A stretch of 64,000 nucleotides of DNA, from IMG/VR virus record IMGVR_UViG_3300042453_004434, positions 1 to 64,000 of that record; one strand, given 5' to 3'. The stretch's first letter is position 1. Each line of letters begins with the position of its first letter. Of the stretch, positions 56,161-64,000 are shown piece after piece. A program made the position numbers and the translations under genes. A model generated the notes under the pieces. It was given only the letters and a program-made list of their open reading frames with translations. It had not been told where the DNA came from and did not search any database. The DNA comes from a virus.

Positions 56161-57074
56161 TGATTGGTTAAAAGATTACAACCTTTAGACGTGATCTGTC
56201 GTAAACCATCAATATGGATTAAGTTTTTCTTGATCAAATATAATTCAAAATCTTTTTGAATCGCGCTTCTCGACAAACCTGTTTTTGCAGCCAAAGCAGA
56301 CAATGAACAATGTCCATTTTGACGCAAAATATTTAGTATCTGCCACTCAATCCGGTTCAAACCGTGAGGTAGTATTCCGAGAATATATACCAACTTCTTA
56401 GCGTCGTCAAGCGTAAACTTCTTGACATTGTAATTTTTACAATACAATGCTACTTCCTTGGCCCGGAGAACGCATGACCGTGCATTACCCCTTGAAGTAT
56501 CAGCCAGCATTGCAAGCGCATCATTATCAATTTCAATCTGAGGAAGATTCAACTTAAAAATATGCTCTAATTCATTATTAGAATAATCAGCAAATTCTAT
56601 TGTAGTTAATCTATCTCTCAGTGGCAGAAAGATCTTATCTGATTCAGTAGTTGCAAACAATATATTTATTTTTGTAAAATCAAAAACAAAAAGATTGTCG
56701 CCGTGATTATAATGCTTAATATTTCCTGCTTCTGTATTTAGAATTGTAAGAAAAGCAAATACTAGATTTTCAGGAAGACAGTGACATTCATCAAAAAACA
56801 GCACAACTTCTTTATCTTGAACATGATTAATAAAAATCTGCTCAAAGAAATGTGCAGAAGATTTGATGCTTGAACTGTTAATCTCAAGTAATGGCTTTTT
56901 CTGTCCATTGCTATCCAGCAGCGATTTCGAGAAAGCACGAACAAAATTCGTCTTGCCCAAACCGCGAGCACCGATAAAGTTGAGAAACGGTACGGTGCGA
57001 GAAGTTGCGTAAGCTGACGCATAGAACGCCAGCTTACGCTTTACTTCCACTTGACCCACTAGTGAATCAAACAT
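56145..57074 (-). CDS. ruvB: RuvB-like Holliday junction branch-migration ATPase
   Basis: FDSLVGQ, GARGLGKT, FFDECH, ATTE, PLRDR, SRGNAR, C-terminal winged helix ending RQITSKG. Confidence 0.85.
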   Translation of the reverse strand: MFDSLVGQVEVKRKLAFYASAYATSRTVPFLNFIGARGLGKTNFVRAFSKSLLDSNGQKKPLLEINSSSIKSSAHFFEQIFINHVQDKEVVLFFDECHCLPENLVFAFLTILNTEAGNIKHYNHGDNLFVFDFTKINILFATTESDKIFLPLRDRLTTIEFADYSNNELEHIFKLNLPQIEIDNDALAMLADTSRGNARSCVLRAKEVALYCKNYNVKKFTLDDAKKLVYILGILPHGLNRIEWQILNILRQNGHCSLSALAAKTGLSRSAIQKDFELYLIKKNLIHIDGLRQITSKGCNLLTNHQFSV

Positions 57075-57076
57075 GA

Positions 57077-57322
57077 TCAGCTAATGACAAACTCGACCTT
57101 AGAGTTCTCTTCTAGCTGCTGCTTGATGTTCTCAGGAAGCTCATCGACTTCCTTGTTAGTCTCAACGTCAACGACGTTGAACTTTGCAAGCCACGTCCTG
57201 CCGACCTGAATCTCAGTAGCAGGATTGGTGCCAATCTTTGAGAGAAGATCTCCCAAAGTGATGTTTACGGTTGAGGTTGCGCCCTTGGGGCGTCCACGCA
57301 GTTTCTTCTCAGTGTTCAGCAT
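57077..57322 (-). CDS. AT-hook DNA-binding protein
   Basis: RGRPKG; own TTGACA promoter. Confidence 0.65.
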   Translation of the reverse strand: MLNTEKKLRGRPKGATSTVNITLGDLLSKIGTNPATEIQVGRTWLAKFNVVDVETNKEVDELPENIKQQLEENSKVEFVIS

Positions 57323-57552
57323 ACGGTGATCAGAGTATCAGGTTTTTAAGGTTTGTCAACAGGTAAAAATCTTCAAAAAACGGCCTAAAATCGCGATTTT
57401 GCTACTTTTGGGGAAAAAGAAGCCTCACTTTCAAAACACAGGTGATGAACGCGCTATGAGGCTTTACTGGAACTTTTGAAAAAAAGTTGGACCAGTTTTA
57501 TTTTGCGCTATATATATTTACACTTATAAATAATAATAAAGAGAATATATTT

Positions 57553-57720
57553 TTAAATATCTTGATTCTCTTGTTCTATGTCATCATCTTCTGCACCAAA
57601 ATTATCTAATTCATCTGCATAATCTTCATAGCAAAAAGCACAAATGATTTTTTTGCCTACCTTTTGGAAATCATCGTTCTCAGTGTCTATAAATTCTTCA
57701 CAGTATAAACATTTTTTCAT
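57553..57720 (-). CDS. 55-aa Zn-ribbon acidic protein
   Basis: MKKCLYC...ICAFCYEDYADELDNFGAEDDDIEQENQDI; below the ORF-track cutoff. Confidence 0.6.
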   Translation of the reverse strand: MKKCLYCEEFIDTENDDFQKVGKKIICAFCYEDYADELDNFGAEDDDIEQENQDI

Positions 57721-57871
57721 ATTTAATAATTAAAAATACATTTAGTATTTATAAATGTGAAATATTATACTGTTGTTTATTAGAAAATCTATATATTTGT
57801 AAGTACATCGTTCACTATTGAGCTTTAATTTTTGTATTTATATATTAATATAGTGTATATTTTTTATATAT

Positions 57872-58231
57872 ATGAGCGATATCAGTTATACATGGAGAGT
57901 AGGCGCAATGGATTGTTATCCCGATTTCAGTGGATATGTTGATTATGTTTTTACAGTCCATTGGGATTGTTTGTCATACTACTCTGGAGTAAGCGGCGGT
58001 CCTTTTAATGGCAGAGTTTATTCTTGTACTTCAGTGCCACTAAATACAGGAGAGTTTATTCCTTATGCCAATCTAACTGAGAATCAAGTACTTACTTGGG
58101 TTTGGGACACAATTGGACAAGATCAAAAAAATGCATTTGAAAGCGGTGCAGGTCAACAGATTTTAAATCAAATCACTCCTCCTGTTGTTCAACCTCCGCT
58201 TCCTTGGCTTTCTACGGGCACACCTTCTTGA
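57872..58231 (+). CDS. probable tail-fibre-associated late protein
   Basis: YTW...VHW...FIPYANLTENQVLTWV...LPW pattern; GTGTA motif upstream. Confidence 0.65.
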   Translation: MSDISYTWRVGAMDCYPDFSGYVDYVFTVHWDCLSYYSGVSGGPFNGRVYSCTSVPLNTGEFIPYANLTENQVLTWVWDTIGQDQKNAFESGAGQQILNQITPPVVQPPLPWLSTGTPS

Positions 58232-58498
58232 AGGTTCCGCCATCAAAGTACTATAAATCAATTTACCTAAATTAGCAGCAAATTTTCTAGCTTTCCATTC
58301 AGGCAAATCATATAGATGAGCATGAAAAACCTCTTCTATAAGAACGTTAAGCTTTCTTCTTTTTAGTAGCTGCGGATCTACAATGATTTGTGGTCGTTCT
58401 GTATCTGGACTATCGCACAAACCTTCCACAGCACGACTAAACTTTGGTATTGCGAATATTAATTCATATTCTATATCTTCGAAGTTTTTAAATTTCAT
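58163..58498 (-). CDS. zincin-like protein with a variant EExxH motif
   Basis: GLCD...I.VDP.L...VLIEEVFHA. Confidence 0.55.
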   Translation of the reverse strand: MKFKNFEDIEYELIFAIPKFSRAVEGLCDSPDTERPQIIVDPQLLKRRKLNVLIEEVFHAHLYDLPEWKARKFAANLGKLIYSTLMAEPSRRCARRKPRKRRLNNRRSDLI

Positions 58499-59085
58499 AA
58501 TGATATTTTATTTTCTAATTTTAATATCAATGAAGGTATTTTACTACTAATATTATATACCTTTCTAAATATATATCTTACTGCTTTATTATATGGCGCG
58601 TAAATATATTTATATTTTTTAGTCTGCCGAAACTCGTAATCTTTACGCAGTTTTTCGTTAAAAATCTTATCTTTTTCTTTTCTTTTTTGATTAGGAGTGG
58701 CTTCGAAATTTAACAATCTGATATTTTTTACAGCTCCTTTATCAAATTGTATTTCATAAGAGATGAAATAATCAAAGTCTTTGCTATTATCATGATCAAT
58801 ATAATCATACATTTCTATTGTACCATGAAAATAATCAGGCTCAAACCAAGATTTTTTAGTTGTTATTTTACCACATTGTTCTAAAAAACTTTTTGCATTA
58901 GCGTTACCTGCTACATATTCAGTTTCTCGATGTTCCGCCCATAAAACACCATCTTCTCGGATTTCATAATATCCAAGAGAACAATCTAAATCTTTAGTTT
59001 GAAAATATTCAGAACCAGAATATCCTTTAGGATCATCTGGCATAGGAAGTGAATATTTACATTTAATAGTATCGTAAAGACCCAT
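58495..59085 (-). CDS. hypothetical phage protein
   Basis: MGLYD...FQTKDLD...F..G. Confidence 0.65.
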   Translation of the reverse strand: MGLYDTIKCKYSLPMPDDPKGYSGSEYFQTKDLDCSLGYYEIREDGVLWAEHRETEYVAGNANAKSFLEQCGKITTKKSWFEPDYFHGTIEMYDYIDHDNSKDFDYFISYEIQFDKGAVKNIRLLNFEATPNQKRKEKDKIFNEKLRKDYEFRQTKKYKYIYAPYNKAVRYIFRKVYNISSKIPSLILKLENKISL

Positions 59086-59090
59086 AATTA

Positions 59091-59774
59091 TTAATCGTTT
59101 CTATACTCTTGAGGATCGAAATAACGCTCGTATATATTACCTGCATAACTCATATCAGCATTAGCCCAGCTATGAGGAATAGATGTTATTAAAGATTCTA
59201 AATCTGAATGATTGTTTAATTGTTTAACATCTGGTAATTTATTAATATGACTTGATCTTGCCCACCAAAAATTTCCTGGATATATTGTTTTAATTTCACT
59301 GGTATTTGGATACGAAAATTCTCCGCGCATCACGCCAAAAACATCATGATTATTCAACGATAAAACAGATGATTCCCATTTTTCTATATTGAAATAATTC
59401 AACATTTCACGCCATGATTTAATATTTCTGCGAACTCTATCACAATGAACAATTGATGTAACTCCTTTTGCGTGATAATATAAGACAAATGCGTTTTCAT
59501 AAGATTTACAAATTTCTTGTAGCAGTATGATAGTGTTTTTTTCACCATCGTTATATGGATGCACAATAATATTTATTTTATTTTTAGTATCAAGCTTCTT
59601 AATTAAATCAATGAATTTATAAATTTGAAACATATCTGAACTATATGCACAATAATATATTTTATGTGAAACATCGTATAAACCTTTGCTTAAAAGTAAA
59701 TTCAATTGGTCTTGCACAATATCAAACCAATCATTAACCAAATAATTATGAGCAAATACTAAAATCTCATTCAT
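59091..59774 (-). CDS. glycosyltransferase-like protein
   Basis: VLYYHAKGV...WR...YPGNFWWA. Confidence 0.5.
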   Translation of the reverse strand: MNEILVFAHNYLVNDWFDIVQDQLNLLLSKGLYDVSHKIYYCAYSSDMFQIYKFIDLIKKLDTKNKINIIVHPYNDGEKNTIILLQEICKSYENAFVLYYHAKGVTSIVHCDRVRRNIKSWREMLNYFNIEKWESSVLSLNNHDVFGVMRGEFSYPNTSEIKTIYPGNFWWARSSHINKLPDVKQLNNHSDLESLITSIPHSWANADMSYAGNIYERYFDPQEYRND

Positions 59775-59998
59775 TAATTTCCTTTATTTTTATACTCTTG
59801 AACATCGTACAAGAAATTTTTAAAAGCTTTAAAATCTTCCTTATCAGCATCATTCATGTCATGAGTATCAGTTGTCTTTAGATAATCAAGAAGAATAGAA
59901 GTATAATAAGAAGGAATAATAATATTCTTTCCGTCATACTTCAAATCATCAGACTTAACAGGATATGGCCGATTATAAAATAGATCTTTGTTCATATA

Positions 59999-60403
59999 TT
60001 AAATATTAGAGATTTCTCCTTTAGAATTTGAGTAGTAAATTTTTTTAATTGAAAATTGTTTTATCAGATGCGAGCAACCATTACAAGGCTTACTATTATT
60101 CAATTTTCCCTCACCGTCAACTCTTAAAACAACAATTTCGTGATCAGATAAATCTTCCTCGTTCGCCTTCAGTATTACATCTAGCTCCGCATGAGTATTT
60201 ACAGTTATCTTTTCACCAGTAGCGCCAATGTATGGATATTTTTCGCTATTTGGATTTGTTTTTGGTTTATTCCAACCAATTTTAACTATTCTGTTTTTCT
60301 TTACTAAAAAAGCAACATGAGACGCTCGTAATCCATTTTTACGCATACTCGGGCACATAGCGTGAGCTATATTAACAGCTTTTTTTAAAACCTTTTTCTT
60401 CAT
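59999..60403 (-). CDS. cytidine/dCMP deaminase-like protein
   Basis: HAE...SKPCNGC. Confidence 0.85.
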   Translation of the reverse strand: MKKKVLKKAVNIAHAMCPSMRKNGLRASHVAFLVKKNRIVKIGWNKPKTNPNSEKYPYIGATGEKITVNTHAELDVILKANEEDLSDHEIVVLRVDGEGKLNNSKPCNGCSHLIKQFSIKKIYYSNSKGEISNI

Positions 60404-61108
60404 AACCGCTCATTTAAAATAGAAGAAGCAGTTGTTTTTATGTCATTACCATCAAAAGTTGAAAATTGTGGCAGCTTTTTACCTCGAACATAATAATGTC
60501 CTGTTGGACCTTTGCAATATTCAGTTGAACCAAATTTATTATAAAATTCTTCAGCTAATCTATTTAAAGAACAGCCTTCTTTTAATAGGTTTTTTACGAA
60601 ATTAGCCATTTGAAAGTTCATAATATTATATAATAAATATTAAATTATAAGAGTCAAATACGATTTGTTGTATATTTGTAACAATATCGTTCACTATTCG
60701 ACTCTTTTGCAGGTTAGAATATAGTATGTTCTGCGAGTACTGTCAAGAAGAATATACAATAAAAAAATCATACATCGCAAAAAACTGTGGTTGCGACGAT
60801 GATTTTAGATTTTTAAGTTTTGATTTCTGGTATCTAGATGTTTTTAAGATATATCCAGATTTTGTTTAAGACGCCCAATCTTCTAAATAACCTTGATCTG
60901 GTATCTTGCTATAAATTTCTTTATGTTTTGATTTGTTTATACCTTTACAACGACAAAACTGCATAGAATGCATACCGGGTCCGATAAGTTGGCCGTCCCA
61001 ATCTATACAAAAATGCCAGCCATCATTAAATTCTTTATCAGTTATTTCTACATCTTTTTCTGACATTAATTCATTATAGCGTTGATCAGTCATGGTGTAA
61101 TAAAATTT

Positions 61109-61309
61109 ATGAATAACGAATCTAATATAGGTGGAGTATCAGTAAGAGCGATAATTGTATTTACACTAATAGTTATTTTTTCGACCACAGTTTTTTTAGA
61201 AATTAAAAATGACGCTTTAAATAGTTTAGTTATGGCTGCTGTTGGTTGGTATTTCGGTCAAAAGTCTGTTGATTCTGATGTAAAAGACGATGATTTTATT
61301 TCAAAATAA
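61109..61309 (+). CDS. small two-TM membrane protein (holin-like)
   Basis: likely start MNNES after GTGTAA; two hydrophobic helices, GWYFG. Confidence 0.55.
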   Translation: MNNESNIGGVSVRAIIVFTLIVIFSTTVFLEIKNDALNSLVMAAVGWYFGQKSVDSDVKDDDFISK

Positions 61310-61506
61310 GCGTTTTATATATTTTACCTTCATCACCTGTATAATAAGCGCGATAATTAGTGCCATATAGATTATAATCAATATAAGTATTCGTTAATCT
61401 GATTAGTTTATAGTGAGGCGGCAAATTGTTCAAAGCATCTTCAAAATGATATCTTAAAAAAACAAGGCAACCGGAACAAAGAAAAGGTATAAACAATAAT
61501 AAAATC

Positions 61507-61884
61507 TTATGCATATTGTTTATAACTTTCTAATAAGCTAATAATATTTTTTGCACCAATTGGATTTAAAGAATGCACAGTATAATCTGGTACTTTTAAA
61601 TTATTTTTTATGCAATATTCAATCAACCATTTCGCACAATCATAGCCAGTTTTTTCTGTATATTTGGAATAGTCTGTTTCACTATTGCAAAGATTTTTAT
61701 AATGCTCAAAACTTAAATCGTGATCAAATGAAATAAAATTTGGTAAATAACCTTTCAACTCTATAAGTACTTTAAAATTATTATAATCACGAACTACAGT
61801 CCAATGCAAATCAGGTATGGAAGTCCATTTCACGTCTTTTGGAAAACGCTCGTCATCTAAAAAAATATAATAAGGTTTACTCAT
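61507..61884 (-). CDS. cyclic-phosphate processing receiver domain protein
   Basis: FLDDER, ISFDHDL, TGYDCAKWL, HSLNPIG. Confidence 0.8.
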   Translation of the reverse strand: MSKPYYIFLDDERFPKDVKWTSIPDLHWTVVRDYNNFKVLIELKGYLPNFISFDHDLSFEHYKNLCNSETDYSKYTEKTGYDCAKWLIEYCIKNNLKVPDYTVHSLNPIGAKNIISLLESYKQYA

Positions 61885-62268
61885 TTTTTTCTTAGTATTT
61901 TATCGTTTTCAGAAGCTTTTTTCTTTGCAAGTATACAACCTTCATTTATTAAAGCATATTTATCATTAACAATATGAACTAAATCGCCAACTTGCATATT
62001 TTCTTTTTCTTTTAGGCGATAATACTTTTTCTCTTCCTTTTCAGAGACTACGATTATATTTACTGGCGAATTATCCATTTTTTGTCTTTTTGATTTTTTC
62101 TTCTAAATAAACTACATATTTGCAACTGCCTCCTTCATAAATACAATGATCCATTTTTTCTACACGAAAAACACGCAAACCAGATTTACCATAATCATTT
62201 AGTAAGTTTTGCAGTTCATCAAAATCTTTTGCCAAATGAATTTTAATAGTATATTTATATTTGCTCAT

Positions 62269-62916
62269 TTATAATAATATTTTCTTTTCGTGTTTGACAA
62301 TTACTTCTGGATGGACCCAAACATCGAGATTCAATTCTTTAACTAAATGACAAAAAGCGACATCTTCCATTGTAAACTCAGTCACATTGCCAAACTTTTT
62401 CCATATTGGTCTAAACCACGGATATTTTAGTTTTTCAAAAACATTATTTTTTATCAGCATAAAACCAAATCCTGTATAGTCAACAATAAAAGGTTTATTT
62501 TGGTTTTTTAAATGTTCCGGCGTTAAGAATTCAAATCTACCAGTTTCTTCAAAAGTTTTTTCGTTCCAATCTTGAACTGTAGCAAACTGTTGACCATTTT
62601 GCATAAAATACAATCCAGACGCGATTTCTTTTTTGAGATTATATAGTTTAATAAAATCATTTGGATGAAAAATAATGTCGCTATCTATCCATAGCATGTA
62701 ATCATAATTGACTTTGCCTTGCCAAGGTTTTTGATTTTCTCCTTTAGTGCTATCGCCGCCAAGACACATATTTCTAACATAATATATATTACATTCATAT
62801 CTACGAGATATGATAGCATTAATGTTATTGATGGAGCACCAATTATAAAACTGCAAAAAACTATCAAGAAAAGCACCCGAAAAATTATTTCCGGGTAGGC
62901 AGATAACTAGGTTCAC
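62269..62916 (-). CDS. GT-A (family 2-like) glycosyltransferase
   Basis: WIDSDI, TGFGFMLI, EDVAFC, H. Confidence 0.8.
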   Translation of the reverse strand: MNLVICLPGNNFSGAFLDSFLQFYNWCSINNINAIISRRYECNIYYVRNMCLGGDSTKGENQKPWQGKVNYDYMLWIDSDIIFHPNDFIKLYNLKKEIASGLYFMQNGQQFATVQDWNEKTFEETGRFEFLTPEHLKNQNKPFIVDYTGFGFMLIKNNVFEKLKYPWFRPIWKKFGNVTEFTMEDVAFCHLVKELNLDVWVHPEVIVKHEKKILL

Positions 62917-63658
62917 GATTAAAAATTATAGATTGTTGATGATAATTTCCTTCATATCCCTTCCAGCCATAATGTGTAAGCTCGCATGTTGTATCTACAT
63001 AAAGTTTACCGCCAATGCTTCTATATAGATCACAAAACCCATAATCTTCAGCTTCATATTTTTTTGTTTGGCTATTTATTTTACATGGAAATAAATCATA
63101 AAAAGTATCACCATAACTTGCATAACCGTCAATATCATTTTTGTAACTAATATCTGGACGCTTTTTAATTATATCTAATAAAGCTTTCTTTTTGATAAGC
63201 ATGAAACCAGTTGCTGCATAATTAACTTCTTCAACTTGTTGTGGCTCTTTCTTTAAATTAATCTCTGTAGCAAAATCTGTACATAATTGATTATAATTGT
63301 CAGGAAGAATCGGGCCATTTAGTAAAACAAGTTTACTTAATTTTTCAGCACTGATATATTTTTTAGGATATAAACCAGATATAACATCTTTATTTCTATT
63401 AATTAAAGAAAAAAAGCTTTTTGGCTCAAAAGAAATATCTGTATCTATAAACATCATATAATCGCAATCCATTTTATTAACGAAATTCGCGGCTGCGGCG
63501 TTTCTCGCTCTTGCGATTAAACTATCAAAATAAATACAGTCTAAACTGAATGATATGTTTTTCTTTTGCGCCTCAAATATCAATCTCATTATACTAAACA
63601 TATAATGAGACAATACAGTATGATTATAGCAAATAACTGGTAGATAAATCTTCATCAC
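62885..63658 (-). CDS. GT-A (family 2-like) glycosyltransferase
   Basis: SLIARARN, FIDTDI, ATGFMLI, EDYGFC, LTHYG. Confidence 0.8.
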   Translation of the reverse strand: MMKIYLPVICYNHTVLSHYMFSIMRLIFEAQKKNISFSLDCIYFDSLIARARNAAAANFVNKMDCDYMMFIDTDISFEPKSFFSLINRNKDVISGLYPKKYISAEKLSKLVLLNGPILPDNYNQLCTDFATEINLKKEPQQVEEVNYAATGFMLIKKKALLDIIKKRPDISYKNDIDGYASYGDTFYDLFPCKINSQTKKYEAEDYGFCDLYRSIGGKLYVDTTCELTHYGWKGYEGNYHQQSIIFNREPSYLPTRK

Positions 63659-63909
63659 TCATCAATCTTATGTAAAAAAGCTGGTGTGCTTTCACCCATC
63701 CAAACACAAGCTTGATTAAATTCATGAAAATCTACAGCTTCATGATAAGTCATACCTTGTTTCATTAATTTAGTAATTACTTTTTCGTAATTATAAATAA
63801 TAAATGGAGTTTGATTAACTCGCGTTACAATGCCTTCGATACAGTCATCATAACCATCCATTGTCAATAATTCAGAACCGTATGATTCTTTTACTTCTTG
63901 TATTGTCAT
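63655..63909 (-). CDS. hypothetical phage protein
   Basis: DGYDDCIEG...GMTYHEAVDF...WMGESTP. Confidence 0.65.
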   Translation of the reverse strand: MTIQEVKESYGSELLTMDGYDDCIEGIVTRVNQTPFIIYNYEKVITKLMKQGMTYHEAVDFHEFNQACVWMGESTPAFLHKIDE

Positions 63910-64000
63910 TTAAAAAACAATTCATTCAAATTCAAATCCAACTCAAAGCTTCGCTAATAACAGGAAACTCTTTAATAAATATATTTTTAATACCAACTGC

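Noticed and set aside
1-64000. Stop-codon reassignment
   Set aside because: Long genes are intact in the standard code, all three stops are used, and no suppressor tRNA was seen

Overview
A 64-kb segment of a large, AT-rich tailed phage genome that uses the standard genetic code. From left to right it holds: (i) a minus-strand head and packaging module (Gly-Ser-Ser repeat protein, capsid, scaffold/protease, portal, large terminase, ERCC4-type nuclease, sigma-like factor, PhoH); (ii) a glycosyl/methyltransferase cluster that includes a TibC/Aah-like heptosyltransferase; (iii) a GC-richer early region at about 20.5-32.2 kb, made of small, nearly leaderless promoter+gene cassettes punctuated by nine fixed-length 57-bp palindromic elements (GGGGCCCC-N41-GGGGCCCC around twin IHF-like sites) and over 20 sigma54-consensus sites; (iv) an AT-rich spacer with a perfect parS palindrome; (v) a long run of small accessory genes; (vi) a tRNA/ncRNA cluster with an Azoarcus-type group I intron, a tRNA-like RNA of unusual topology and two tandem covarying structured RNAs I do not recognise; (vii) RuvB, a deaminase and more glycosyltransferases. 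The best candidates for an undescribed system are the sigma54/IHF palindrome-punctuated cassette array, the twin ncRNA motif, and a possible virion Ser-glycosylation system. All product calls come from motif recognition by eye; no searches were run. The host is unknown. The signals (TTGACA-type promoters, no Shine-Dalgarno, sigma54 sites, parS, GC-rich early genes) would fit a PVC-group or similar GC-rich host, but that is inference.
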